Positions 40,514 to 54,280 of a stretch of 64,000 nt of DNA are shown here, piece after piece. Origin of the DNA: Octopus vulgaris (taxonomy: Eukaryota). The DNA lies in the NCBI GenBank assembly GCA_951406725.2, contig OX597818.1, forward strand, positions 7,564,001 to 7,628,000, in the 5' to 3' direction. The translations under genes were made by a program, and so were the position numbers. The first letter of the stretch is position 1; each line of letters opens with the position of its first letter. The notes below the pieces were generated by a model. The model was not told where the DNA came from. It did no database searches and was given only the letters and a program-made list of their open reading frames with translations.

Positions 40514-41004
40514 TGGATTGGTGGATAGGTAGATAGATAGATGTAAAATTGGAGTATCGAGGTGTAGGGAGAAAAAAGGCATCTAGAAATCCGTTGAAAA
40601 TATATAGAAAGAAACTTCTAGGAACAATAGCGGTTTATTGGGGAAGACGGTTGTGGATTTTTTTCTGTATATTATTATTATAAACTAAAAAGCATTATTT
40701 TATTTTTCAGGGTAGGCAGCCAGACTCACCGGGTATGCAAATAAAAATCCAAGAGTTAAGGAATCAAGTACATAAAATCTGGGCTACATATGTTTCTTAG
40801 CGAATGAAATCTCGGAAGTGGTAAATATCCAAGCGATATGTATACTGCAGGTTCTCTTTATTCTAAGGAATCTTGATTAAATGAATTTTACATTGTCATT
40901 AGGACAATGTAAACATACAGAGAATTAATTAATAACTATGAAACGCGTAGCCCGGATTTTATCTGCTCAGTTCGTTAAATCTTGGACATATATATATATA
41001 TATC

Positions 41005-41165
41005 ACAGGTTTCTTTCAGTTTCCGACAACCTAATGCCTCTAACAAGTTTTTAATCGACCCTCAGCTTGAATAGATGATACTTGCCCAAACAGCATCCCT
41101 TGACACAAAGTCAGGAAATATATGGTTGAGAAACAACACCATCACAAAACTTCCACACCTTCCCG
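41005..41165 (-). mobile_element. Diverged SINE 5' part (family of 57185/57430)
   Basis: tttctttcagtttccg..atagatgatacttgcccaa..tatggttgagaaacaac similar to 57190-57340. Confidence 0.6.
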
Positions 41166-42689
41166 TCTATGTAACTTGCCTGTATAAAACATTCATTTTT
41201 CTCTATCTAAATATGCTGAGCATAACCACCCTTCTTGTAGGTATTTCACATTTTGTAATTTCTTGTATCCATACAGTACCCTAATTAAAAATGGAAGAGT
41301 GCCCTTATTAAATTTGTCGGTATGGAATCTGGTGTATGTTTTCCAGTGTTACGTTTTCTATATTAAATAACAATCACTTCATCACAGGAAACTATTTTTC
41401 AACTTCAATTGTCATTAATTTTGGGATTAAGAGCGGATGTCTCGTGTATGATTATTCTTTCAATTTCGAGGCAGGAAATTGTTAGAACGTTTAACGAATC
41501 GTTGAAAATTATTAACGGTATACCTTCTGGCTCTTGTACGCTTTGTGTATCAATTCGAAAGAGGTCAACCTCTCTTATTCTTTATTACCGCATCGCTGTT
41601 TTGGTGCTAAAATTTGAAACCAAATTATAAATACTTGTCTACGCTTATAATAAAACTGTTTTTTTGTTGTGCCTTCAATATTTTTTATTCTATGTAATAA
41701 ACATTATCCAATAATACCGCATATTGCATCCTTTCATTTGTATGGTTGTCGATTTCTGTATCTCTTCAGATTATCCCAGTGGTTTTCTTAAGTTGAGTGC
41801 ATAAGGGAATTAGGGAATTATCAGTGAAGAATTTTTCGACTTAGATTGAACTGACGGCAAATGAAAGCTTTTATAACGCTTGCAAGCCTAAAAATTCAGT
41901 TATTAGTTAGATGATTAGTCAGTTTGTTATGGCTGTTGTTTATCTGTACATCAATTTTATCAAAAACATTCCAAAAATATCAATGTCGTATTTTTCAGGT
42001 ATTAAGAAAAATAATATTGTCATGAGATGTCTCTTAAATGTGATATATGGTAAATTAAAGTGATCTTGTCAAGCGAAAGAAGTGTAAAATATTGAGAATA
42101 CTCATAGCTACGTATAACCTAAATGTATGACATTACACAACTTTTCTTTTTGACGTGACCTTTCAGAAATTTTCTATTCTTAAATCACAACACTTATCTA
42201 GAAATATTTTCCCATGAAAAATAATATTGATAATATTTAAAAGTTGTGTAAATAAAGAAATAAAAACGCAAACATTTCTCAATGTATCATATTTTTTGTA
42301 GCGGTTTGAATGGAAATTTAACAGTTTTTTTCTAAATATTAATTTGTGGTATGATTCAGGAAGTAAACTCCCAGTCAACCTAGTTGACCTCTTAGTTTGA
42401 AATAACTGTTAAAAATCTTATGTGGATTGTATCATTTAGAGCAATGCATAATCTTTAATAGTATCAGCTACATGGGAAATGCCTGATCAAATGACTCCGT
42501 CTCTTAAAATCTTATTGAATAATCCATGTAAGCAGTTCAATCACTTTCAATATCGTTGGCTGTTATTTGAAAATTGTGTAGATGTAATTCCCTGTGTTTT
42601 ATACCCACATCTATTTTGAGGAATATTTCATAGATATAATTACATACATTCACACATGCACACACATATGTGTATGCACGCGTGTGTAT

Positions 42690-43060
42690 GTACACTGAGC
42701 CGAAAAAGAAACGCGACGTTTTTCAAATGTCATTTTTATATGGGAAATTGTGAAAATTTATTTCAGGGTTGTACGTGAAAATATTCCAAGACACGCTGGT
42801 TTATGGCTGAGACCCTATTTGAAGGTAACTTTTCAAATTTCCCTGAAACGAGATGCCAGAACACAGCTGCGTTGAATGCCGTGAGTGGAAGTCGCAAACA
42901 ATTGTCATGAATAGCGAAATGCACGTGCTCGTGGAGATTATGGGTATAAACATCAACTTGAACCGCATAATCCTGGAATTCGTAATTTGCACGCCTTGGA
43001 CGTTTCACGTATTTTGTTTACTACAATTGTTAAAATGATGTTGAACTCTGACTGAAATTA
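42690..43060 (-). mobile_element. Possible Tc1/mariner-like terminal fragment
   Basis: TA-CACTGAGCCGAAAAAGAAACGCGAC resembles a Tc1-type TIR. The partner TIR was not found. Confidence 0.3.
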
Positions 43061-43179
43061 ATTGTTGCTGTTGTTGTTAAATAGAACTTCTTTTTTCTGC
43101 GTTGTCACAGATAGTTGACGTTCTCCTCCAACATTGAAGGGGGAAACCTACATTTGCATCATTTAGATTAATTTCAAAA

Positions 43180-45640
43180 TGAACAATTCCTCAGACGAGA
43201 AAGTTGATAGACAAACCAGGATAATGTGGAACACCAAAGGAAGCAGATATGTGGGGGGAGACAAGGCTAATTAAATTGAAATGCAATTAAACCAAAAGGA
43301 AACTGAAATGAAACTGAAGCAATCTGTAACAATGTCGAACCAATCAGGAAACCAGACAAAAAGTCAGACAAGGTCAAATCAAATTGGAAACCAAACAATA
43401 GAAACAAACAGGAAACAACAATTAACTTCGCTAGTCCTACCAGCTTGGTGAAGGAGAACGTTTGCTTCGAAGCAGGAAGATGCAAAGGTTGCTCAAAAAG
43501 GAAGGGAATGGAGTTAAAATAACCCCTCCGGGCGCAATGATTCAAGATGCAGCAAGAAAAACTGATGTACAAAACCGTAATTATAACGACCAACAAAATC
43601 GACTTGGCTTCAAAAGAATTTGTAGAGAAGGTGTGAATGGGAAGTGGTTCGAAGAAAGAGAAGAAAAGGCCCAGACACCGGCCCCACAGAAGCACTAACA
43701 CTCACTCAAGACATCCAAAATTCCACACAAACACACAAACACCCAGATGGGATATTCAAACTCAACCCCACCCCACATGGCTATAACAACAATAAATAAG
43801 AAAAGTAAGACTTTAAAAAAAGACATTACAAAACAAAATCAACAGAGCCACATAAACATCGATTCAAACCGGACATTCTGCCAAAAATAAAATTATTCTT
43901 AATTAACTAAGAAAACTATAAACATCTTAAGAAATCTTACCCAAGAGACGATGGTACTTGGGTGAGAAACATTTTAGAAATATTATATCAGGAGCTGGTG
44001 AAAAGCAATCCACCAACCACGGCTGAGCCAGACGAGATGGGATCCCACCCCACCTTAATTAAAAGCATAAGTACAGTTTATGTACTCGCTTAACTTAGGA
44101 TGTATAAATGTTCACGGCCTGGTGTCGAATTGGAAACAAGGACATTTCTTTAACGACCTCAGATCGCATCGGTTAGATGTCATAGCCGTTACAGAGACCA
44201 GAATGAGTGGATTGCATGCCTTTTCACCTCTCCTAAACGACTACGAGAAAGTTATTTCTCCATGTCAACTTGGAGGTGGGTAAATCACAGTCCTGCTAAG
44301 GAAGGCGCTCAATCTAGAAACAAGAACAATCTTTGTTCACCTGAATGGCAGGTTGGACGTCCTTGAAGTGACGTACAGCAGTGGAAACGTCTTCAGGCTG
44401 GTGGCTGTGTATGCTCCATGTAGGACTGGACAATTTGACTTTTTCAGAAGCCTAGAAAATTTTCTTGGTACGGCACACACTTTAGTGTTGTTATAAAACT
44501 TCAGCGTAGTCTGCGATGCACACGTAGATTACATAGGCTGCAAACCTAATAAGAAGGGAAACTCTTGCCTCAACGAACTACTCAATCATTTTCAACTGTT
44601 AGATCCATACAGACTAGATAGCCCGGATGCCCCACATTGGACGTGGTCGAATAACAATGTGCCTCCAAGATCTTATCTAGATAAGGTAATAATTAGAGTT
44701 AAGGATAAAAATATAGCTAAGTGTCCACAGCTTTACATTGTCAGCTATAGTAATCAGAAACTTGTGACCTGTAAGCTGGACTTAGCTTGAATACACAGGG
44801 ACCCAGCTACTGTAAGCTAAACTGGTCGCTTCTGGCTTGTGAAGCCTACAGGAATCGGATTAGGCAGTTCGTTATTAGGGCATTAACCGGTTCCTTGATT
44901 AAGAACAAATAGTGGTATGCCAAAGAAAGAGGCATTAAAAGTGAGTCTATTACACGCAACAAGATTTAACTAAGCTATTGGGGGTTGGAGGCGATGGGCC
45001 GGAGCATAGGGAGGACCTCGTGGACTTTATTGAAGACTTCCTCGCCATAATGCTGTGAAGGGCCGATCCTGGCCGCAGCGGTGGAGGAGGCATTGTTGGA
45101 TTGTGGCGAGGACAGATCACCGGGTCACGATGGTTTCCTCTATGAATTTTATTATACTAAGCCAGACTTGTTTGATATCCTACTGGCTTGCGTTTTCCGC
45201 AACTACCAGTAGAATGAGAATACTCCTACATCTGTGAGTCAGTGGGTGCTCAGAAAGGACTCAACAAAGGAGGACCTAACTGACAACTTTAGGACCATCA
45301 CTATGTTTAACGCAGTGTTGAAGATTCTGGCAAAGGTAGTAGCAAAAAGGTTGGCGAAGCTCGTGGGTGGACTCATTGGGGAGGTGCAAAATGCACCATC
45401 CCCGGCAGGTCTACACACCGCAGCCTCCCCCTTATACACCATGTCTTAGACAGGGTTAATAAAATTTCTTGCAAGGGTGGAGTGTTGGCCCAATTAGACC
45501 AATCCAAAGCCTTTGATAGGGTAAACCATCGGTATCTGGCGGCGGTCTTCGGGCGGTCCTCACGACGGCCGGTTTTGGTCCAACATTCTGCAAATATGTA
45601 TTGGCCCTCAAGTCACTACTGCGAATATTGGAAGCTAAGA
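43180..45640 (+). mobile_element. L1/Tx1-type LINE relic: ORF1 tail, APE endonuclease, RT N-terminal half
   Basis: LNLGCINVHGL..DVIAVTETR; FRLVAVYAP; WTWSN..SYLDKV; SPGHDGFLYEFY; DNFRTITMFNAVLKILAKVVAKRL; LDQSKAFDRVNHRYL. Confidence 0.92.
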
Positions 45641-45834
45641 GTGGAATCCCTACAACATCCGTACATCACCAGTAATTTCACATTATTACTAATGCCCATA
45701 TATAGCTCTTACTCGGCTGTCTAGGGTTAAGCTACCTGACGAGAATTAATACTTCTTGCGATGCTGGTTCTAATTAGTGCCCTTAGACAATCGTTCTGCC
45801 TTTCGGTTGAAAAATTGCGAATAACCCACCTTTA

Positions 45835-46215
<381 letters not shown>

Positions 46216-46816
46216 ATTCCGAACACATACACATACATGTCAATGTATTTCTCAATGTATACATTTTATAATAGTTTAATTCAGTTCCATACATTCATGA
46301 ATGTTTCACGTTCGAAGAAAAATACATTCAGTCCATAAGATATCTGGATATGAGATGAATATGTAATACGACCGTTAAATTCTTACTGATGGGCACTTGA
46401 GAAAAACCAGTATTAAAATATGTGTAACTAAATGAAATATGTGTATGTCACTTCGTTTCGTGAGTTAACTCATACATATGCACATTTATACACGGATATT
46501 CACACATATACAAACATTTACACACACACACACACACAACATTACATATAGTTCCTCAGGTATAGATTATTACTATTTCTATAAATATTTACGTGAACTA
46601 TCAAATAGAGGTGATATATTTATCTATATATGTATATTTAAATACAGAATAATCATACATTTATTTATGTTACATAGATGAACCGATTTTTTTAAGCACC
46701 AGAATGTAAGACGTTTGATCGGGGAAAAGCGAAATAGATGGATGGTAGAAAGATTTTAATGACAATGAGTGTAGTTGTCAATATTTGGCTTTTCGGCGTA
46801 TGTATACACATATATA

Positions 46817-46852
<36 letters not shown>

Positions 46853-46894
46853 GTGCTTATGCGTGTGTGCGTGTGTGCGCGCGCCGTGCGTGCT

Positions 46895-47200
46895 TAAAAA
46901 CAAAATATATGGTCTTGGGTTTAGTACTATTGCGCAGCACACATTGGACAAGCGTCTTCCATACCCTCAGAACTTTCTATTCATTTGTGTATAGAGACAG
47001 ACACACAAAGAGAGAGAGACATGTGTGTGTGAGCTAGTGTCTCGACAGCCGGTTTTATTTTATTTCCGCTCTCTCAACGGTTCTGCAAAATGATCGATAG
47101 TGTAAGTACAATGCTTAAAAGTAAGGATTAGTGGTCATTGAAAGTTGGGCCCGAGCATAGCCGCAGTCGAATGCCTGAAACAAGTAAACGATAAAAGATA
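46895..47200 (+). mobile_element. Diverged SINE (family of 57430)
   Basis: tatggtcttgggtttagtactattgcgcagcac..gacaagcgtcttc head; gcatagccgcagtcgaatgcctgaaacaagtaaa tail. Confidence 0.65.
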
Positions 47201-49072
47201 TACACTCACACAGAACGACATATGTTTTTGTGCACGTATGTATTTCTTCATGCATGTATTAAAAGATAGTTTTATTCCACACCGTATTATAAATTATTTC
47301 GCTGGTGTCGATGATGGCCAGCTCGTTATGTTTTTGGTTATAAGGTGAATGTGGCCCACACTCTGGAAATTCTAAAATACGTGTAATTTCAACGAAATCT
47401 GTTGAGTGCTGGTCCTTTTCTCTCATTCACTCTGACACACACACACGCACACGCACGCACACACGCACATACACACATATACACACATATGCCCCCCCCC
47501 ACACACACACACACTCACAAACACACATACACAAATGCATATATAGAGATGTGCGTAACTTCTCACTGTTTCTAGATCACTGAATATTTCAAGCAAAAAT
47601 TTTCGGGAACTATTCAAATACAGAGATAGCATGAATGCTTATTTGATAAATACAGAGTAATCTCTCTTATATTTATCGTATAACATGAAACACTTTTCTT
47701 TTACCACCAAGTGAAAACTGCATTTTATGTGATGAAAATGAAATGGTTACTTGACATAAATCTTTTCGTGCTAGCGTTTATGCTCTTTAGTAAACGGTTC
47801 ATTTCTTTCTCTGTGGTCACCGTCATATAATGGTTCCGAGGATTAATCCTGTATATTCCGTATGTTCATCTTCCCAAAACAATATAATGTTCTAGTATTA
47901 GCTACATTTAAGGAACTATCATTTTGTTAATGTTGTATTAAGACAGATCAAGCGATAGACTCTTTACTTAAATATAATTTGTACAGTGACCTATGACCGC
48001 TACGCTCTTCACATTCCCATTCAAGAATTTTGAAATGTTCAGGCTCTAGGTTTTCTAAACATCCAAACATTCACAGATAATCCATTTAGCAATTCATTTC
48101 TACAGCAGGAATTTAAATCAAGCATAATCATTATAATTTGTGGTGAATGTCTTTGGGGATGACGTATTTCTATCGCACCCAAACCAAGTTCATTACAATA
48201 TATTGTGTTCAGTAAAACAATCTTACCTCAAATGATATTCAATGGAGAATATAAGCTTTCGTCTAAACAATCAATGTCATTTTAAGAGAAAAATACATGC
48301 TGGATAATGGAGCCCTTGATGCAATATGCCTGAAATCAAATGAGATGTTCATGCTAGGATCAAGTTTGATCATAGACCTGCTTCATCAATATTGCCCTTG
48401 GTTGAAGATAAACAACAACTATATAATATTCAGTATGTCATGAGCGTCTCAAAATCTCATTTACCTCATTTTTCCCTCAATACATGTGGAGCCATTTTGA
48501 CCACGCATTAAGCAATAATTACTTGGTTTATGGTGAAGGCAGAAAAGGGCGGAATGTATGCTTTGGGTTAAAATGATGGGGAATGTTAATTAAGTGATGG
48601 GAGTCAAGATTTTCAGGATGCAGCATTGGGACAGGGCTTGGAAGAGAAGATTGATTGACGTGTAATTAGTGAGGGAGATTTTTATGAGAGATGCAGAAGA
48701 AATCGCATTCTTAGAAGGAGCGGCATTGCGGATAATAATGATGAAGTACTTACTGGGGACACAGTCATAGAAAAAGAAATTAAGATAAATGTTTAAAAGA
48801 AATATAAAAAAATATCAATAGACGTTTTACACATATTGTTTCAGTTTTATGTTCTTAATCTTTTAGTTGTTTAGTTGTATTTCTTATTCTGTGTTTATAC
48901 TCAATTTTAATTATAGATTAAATAATAAAGTGAAATACAAATAAATAAAAGCAAAAAGATATAAATGCGAGTTATTGACAGCCAGAAACATACAAAGGTA
49001 AGTACACAAGCACAAAAATATACACGTAAATATACATGCACACATAAAGATACAGTTCTATATACATTTAAG

Positions 49073-49128
<56 letters not shown>

Positions 49129-49175
49129 TGTGTGTGTATGTGTGTGTGCACGCATACTGAATATTATATTGTTGT

Positions 49176-49246
49176 TGTTTATCTTCAACCGAGGGCAATA
49201 TTGATGAAGTAGGTTTATGTGTGTGCGCGCGTGGGAGAGAAAGAAT

Positions 49247-49279
<33 letters not shown>

Positions 49280-49291
49280 TATGTATATATG

Positions 49292-49335
<44 letters not shown>

Positions 49336-49432
49336 TATATCTTATATATCTTATATATATATATTCTTTCTCTCTCTTGCGCACACACATATAGACCTGC
49401 TTCATCAATATTGTCCTCGGTTGAAGATAAAC
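49176..49432. repeat. Local inverted duplication around an AT microsatellite; third copy of the arm at 48372-48420
   Basis: gtttatcttcaaccgagggcaatattgatgaagtaggttta versus tagacctgcttcatcaatattgtcctcggttgaagataaac. Confidence 0.85.
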
Positions 49433-49630
49433 ACACACACACACACATACACACACACACGCACACATATATGTAGAGAGAGATAGAGAGGTACATAGAT
49501 AAATAAATATTTGTGTACCTGAATATACGTATGTAGATAAATATATATGTCTTCATCTATCTAACTGTGTATGTGTGTGTATGTGTGTATCATTTATTTA
49601 TTTATTTAAGGGCGTTATAAACGTATTAAT

Positions 49631-49683
49631 GCTCTACTAATAGTTTCATATGTTGAGAAAGTTCAAACATAATCTTTAGTTTG
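49631..49683 (-). ncRNA. Degenerate hammerhead copy in the sense pLTR
   Basis: Minus strand CTAAAGA-ttatgtttgaa cttt ctcaacatat-GAAACTATTAGTA-gagc; core G5 mutated, stem III intact. Confidence 0.6.
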
Positions 49684-50253
49684 AAACCAGACGTCATAAG
49701 TAAGTAGAAAAATTTATTAATAGAAGAAACGCGATAAAACTAAGATGGCAGCATATAGAAAACTCGGAAACTAAACATCGAAAAATAAAATTCGAAAAGG
49801 AAATCACAAAACTAAAACGTAAAAAGTAAAAAAAATTAAATAGTAAAAGATCCTGCTCAGACCTTAAATGTTAAGCCTGGAAAATATCATGACCGTCGGG
49901 AAAAGGTGGAATTTTCCAGTTCTTCAAAATATATTGATACATATGCATGGAACCATTGTAAGTGTCTGACCTAGAGTCCAATAGAGAGTTAGGGATCACA
50001 GATCTCAGCAGGACCTGTGCTCTTTCAGCCAAACAAAGCCTACATTTATTCGATTCGTTCATATAAAGTATGAATTATTTTCCATTTAATCACATGTGGT
50101 ATTTAGTTATCTGTCAAAGTCGATAAATAGCCAGCCAACTTAGTAGCTTTACTCTTTGTCTTTAAGTCGGAATGAGGCTATCTGCTGGGTCTTCTTAGTT
50201 TTTTCGCGTTTCTTCTATTATTCAGTTGTTTTTTAATTCGTTATACGTGGTGT

Positions 50254-50306
50254 GCGCCTGATGAATATGTTTGAGTTTTCTCAACATATGAAAGTATTAG
50301 TAGCGC
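50254..50306 (+). ncRNA. Type I hammerhead ribozyme in the inverted pLTR
   Basis: GCGC-CTGATGA-ATATGTTTGAG tttt CTCAACATAT-GAAA-gtattag-TA-GCGC; one mismatch in stem III. Confidence 0.75.
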
Positions 50307-50449
50307 TTTAATACACGTATTGTGACCTTTAAATAAACAATATTTATCTCTTACCAAATGGAGTACATTTTTGTCGAATTTATTATCACAGAACAGTATA
50401 TTATATATATGTGCGTTTGCTTGCGCGCGCGCGTAAAATACGAGGTGTT

Positions 50450-51030
50450 TTCGTCAAGGTGATTCAAGCCAATAGGTATGCGCTCAGAGTGCTCAAATTG
50501 GTATGCTAAAAAATTCCAGTTTGAACTGCAGTCGAAGATGTGATTTTGTGTCTGTCATTCTAAAGCGGCTAGAAGTGTGTTCCACTTGAGTCGGTAGGTA
50601 TAGATTAAAGTAGCAAAGAATGCGCAAACAGTTTGGCAAGACTTGTTGAGGATTTAATTTTAGTGTTTCTAGAATATCCCAGCGATGATTCCATAGACTG
50701 ACTATTCCGCCATCGGAGAGAAATAAGTTAAACATATCTAATAGTGGAAGAATATTATTCATCCATGGTAGTTATTTTCTCTCGATATGGATTACTATGA
50801 AGCCATTGTCTGTGGTCATGGATTTACCCAATGAATACTCATTTTAATTGGATTTAATAGTATTTCTACGTTTCTAGACATAATGAACCACAATAACTAC
50901 AATAGATGAGGAATTTTCTTCCACTGTTACTGAAGTTTAACATATCTCTCTCCAATAATAGAACACTCATCCTATCTTCCAATAGATGAGAGATTCTAGA
51001 AACAACCGTCCGTGTATACCTGCAACTTTT
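50450..51030 (-). mobile_element. Possible decayed PLE GIY-YIG C-terminal fragment (Neptune-like)
   Basis: Minus strand LWNHRWDI and terminal ..PIGLN, resembling the P-x-G-L-N end of Neptune-type ORFs. Confidence 0.4.
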
Positions 51031-51115
51031 ATTATATAGCTAACTGAAATCTCGTTGTCATAACATGCCAGAATGTTTGACTTTTATTTTCTGCTTTATT
51101 GTATCTATCTATCCA

Positions 51116-51152
<37 letters not shown>

Positions 51153-51219
51153 ATATATATACATACATACATACATACATACATACATAGATACATACAT
51201 ACATACATACATACATACA

Positions 51220-51255
<36 letters not shown>

Positions 51256-51262
51256 TATATTA

Positions 51263-51505
51263 CTCAAATTTGTTCTCATTATGCTTGCGTACATTCCAAT
51301 AATGTTCCAGTAATGATTTTCCTGCCTTTCTGATATATATTTGTTCGCAATTAGGGAATTTGATGCAGTGAATTAATATTGCATTCGTCCGGTTTATGTG
51401 TTTTCATACTGACACTGTCATGTATTCCACCAATTATCATTGCATTTGCATACCATAATATGTTGACATTGTTGTGTAGGTCCAATTTCACCGTTGTAAA
51501 AATTA
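51263..51505 (-). mobile_element. Duplicate of the PLE GIY-YIG segment at 58789-59030
   Basis: ~240 bp nearly identical to 58789-59030. Confidence 0.85.
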
Positions 51506-51597
51506 CTATATATATATAGTAATATGTATATATATAGTAATATATATATATATAGTAATATATATATATATATAGTAATGTTTATACGTAAACAGAA

Positions 51598-51830
51598 CGT
51601 GGCAATCCTATAAAGGACGATGTTATTGTTGTTATAGCCTCAGGAAAACACATTTTCCAGCTGGCTATCGACACACAGTTTGTGTCCATATAGCATTCGC
51701 AAGTGGGGTCATCGCTCCCGTCTCTAGCCTTAACTGATACTCACACACCTGGGTTTCTAGGTGATTACATATCCGCAGTGTGAGATAATCATAGGCTAGT
51801 GTCAAAAACTTTCCCCAGCTGCAAATGCTA
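51598..51830. repeat. Unclassified interspersed repeat (second copy 56497-56720)
   Basis: Shared gtggcaatccta..aggacgatgtt..caggaaa..ttttccagctggcta.cgacaca. Confidence 0.7.
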
Positions 51831-52202
51831 TATATCTTTTAAGCGACTGCATATTTTCCACTCAAACATGTTTTCTGTAGAGGAGGTCAGCGACTGTGCG
51901 TCACTTAGAAATATATAGTATTTGCATATATATATACAAGGGTTCTATAGGAGTACCTGTATCGCTAAGAATAGAAATCACAAATACTTCATGACACGGA
52001 ATAGTCATAAAATAAAGACAGGCATGGTAGGAAAAATTCCAGTGAACAATAAAATCGTCTTAACTCTGCTATGTTCAGCAAAAGTAATTTGGGTTAATTT
52101 CGAATTTCGAACCTAGGATTCGAATTTAGTGCCAAATGGTGCCTAGTTCTCCTGGGTCAAAATCTGTCAGCTAACGACTGCGATATATATATACATATAT
52201 AT

Positions 52203-52418
52203 ATCACTCTGATCACTCTGACCGACCAGTCCGTCAGGCGTCCATTTGACACCGCTGGTCACAGCACGCTGTCCACTCCTCTCTGGATCGCGCATTTCTC
52301 ATCCACGTGATCCCAATCGTCCTCTTGAAATCGTCACTCCACCGTCGTGGAAGTCTTCCTGGTGGTCTTTTCCGCTCACGCGGGTACCACTCCATATCTG
52401 CGTGCGTCCACCGATTAT
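52203..52418 (-). mobile_element. RTE LINE 3' end with (CAGAGTGAT)2 tail
   Basis: NRWTHADMEWYPRERKRPPGRLPRRWSDDF..WMRNARSREEW; same family as 1-470. Confidence 0.9.
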
Positions 52419-52538
<120 letters not shown>

Positions 52539-52539
52539 T

Positions 52540-52860
52540 ATAGGTGCTAGCATGGCACTGATAAGAAACTTACCTTCAACTACACGCAAGCGTAGCTATG
52601 TGTCTTTCTACTGTAACCTCTGGCCGACCAACGTCTTGTTAGTTGAGTTGATAGACAGAAATTGAAAGACGTACGTCTTGCATATATACGAATGTGTGTG
52701 CGTGCGTGTAGTGTGTTTGTGTGTGTGAGTGTGTGTGTTCAATTGCCCGTTTCTGAGCTGTTCGGTATATGTGACTGATAAAGGCTTAAAAAATATGTAC
52801 TGGATCCAATCGACAAAGTATTTTCGAAGGTGTTACCCCAGTAAAGCACAAGATAAAATA
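52540..52860 (+). mobile_element. Diverged SINE (family of 57430)
   Basis: taggtgctagcatggcactgataagaaacttaccttcaac..ctactgtaacctc..gacagaaattgaaaga. Confidence 0.6.
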
Positions 52861-53009
52861 TGCATATGCATATATGTACATATATGTGGACCTTTATTGT
52901 ATCCTATCTGCCTACATATGTATCCAAACCATCCACACTTTTCCATTCTATGACAGATAATGTTTACACGATATGAAATATGTCTTAGTATATTTAACAC
53001 TTGCTCTAA

Positions 53010-53064
<55 letters not shown>

Positions 53065-53065
53065 T

Positions 53066-53111
<46 letters not shown>

Positions 53112-53609
53112 TTGCGTGTATATATAACACGTTTGAGTTAGTAAACAACGAAGTTTTCCTAGTTTTTCACCCGAAAGGAACACAAAGAAAAGATAGAAGC
53201 CTTAGTATTGCCTGTCGGTAAAGCAGTATTGGCGTAGTAGAAATAGAGACGTATATACTTTCATCACTCTTGACTGCTATATATTTGTGACTGTGTGTGC
53301 TATTTTTTTAAGTACAAGATTCTCAAATGGCCCCGAGCTAACTAAAGTATTGTCTAGTTGTATGTTTCGTCCTAGGGTGATCAGGTAGTCAGCTTTCCAC
53401 ATGTCATCACCTATTCATAAACGAAAGTATTAGAATTATTGTGATTTATTCGATAAGTGTAAAGTGATAGGAGATATATTCGGTTATATGTAAGTACTAG
53501 TTGAGCTAAAATTTGTTAATGGATGTTTCTGCAAATTTAGGCATTTGTAACGCTTATTATATTCACATATGGACCATGTATTCATCAGAAAAATATACTA
53601 TTTTACACT

Positions 53610-53772
53610 TTTACTTGTTTCAGTCATTTGACTGTGGCCATGCTGGAGCACTGGCTTTTAATCGAGGAAATCGACCACAGGACTTATTCTTTGTAAGCCT
53701 AGGACTTATTCTATCGGTCTTTTATGCCGAATCGCTAAGTTACGGTGACGTAAACACAACAGCATCGGTTGT
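53610..53772 (-). mobile_element. SINE 3' half
   Basis: ttacttgtttcagtcatttgactgtggccatgctggagcac.. is the reverse complement of the tail seen at 47160 and 57830. Confidence 0.75.
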
Positions 53773-54241
53773 GGAGATCCTCTGTGATGACGAGGTCGAG
53801 CACTTCTTTCATCAATGCGGATTCACTTTGCATGTAGTCATATATTATTATGTGAGCAGAATATGCCCTGATGCTACTGGAAAAGCAACTTTCGTATAAC
53901 ATATTTTGATGAAGTTTTTGGAATTTTAATTCATGTAGAAAATGCAGAGCTTCAAATGGGTTAGAAGTGTGAGTGTGTGATGAGAGCTCAGTATGATTAT
54001 TTTGGATAAACCGACATAATGTTGATGGTGACGGCCAGTTAAAGATAGGGCCTCGATGTGAAAAAGAGATCAACTGTAGACATGCAACACAAATGACCCT
54101 AAAATTGTAGATATCCGGACAGCTATCCCTTGAGCAATAGGTACTTGGAAAAATAATTAGTGTACCGGGCTTGCATTACGGATTTCAACGGAACAAGAAA
54201 AACTTACATTGTTGCTAACACCTCAAAAATGTATGCAGCAT

Positions 54242-54280
<39 letters not shown>

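Larger units (their letters stand above)
49590..50345 (-). mobile_element. 5'-truncated Penelope-like element: GIY-YIG C-terminus flanked by inverted pLTR copies
   Basis: Minus frames ATKLAGYL..L..IKWKII and NKCRLCLAERAQVL..LLDSRSD (PLE CxLCLxEK..LLNxRSE). 49596-49760 and 50178-50345 are inverted homologues, each with a hammerhead. Confidence 0.85.

Noticed and set aside
41300-42470. Possible hAT transposase remnant on the minus strand (TISCLEIERI)
   Set aside because: Single weak motif; not enough without a profile search.
45735-45775. CTGACGA motif after the Tx1 relic
   Set aside because: Lacks GAAA and closing stems; may be a repeat end only.
46384-46470. Two eroded hammerhead-like strings (CTGATGG..GAAA on +, ..GAGTTAACTCACGAAAC on -)
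   Set aside because: Cores and stems are too degenerate to support a call.
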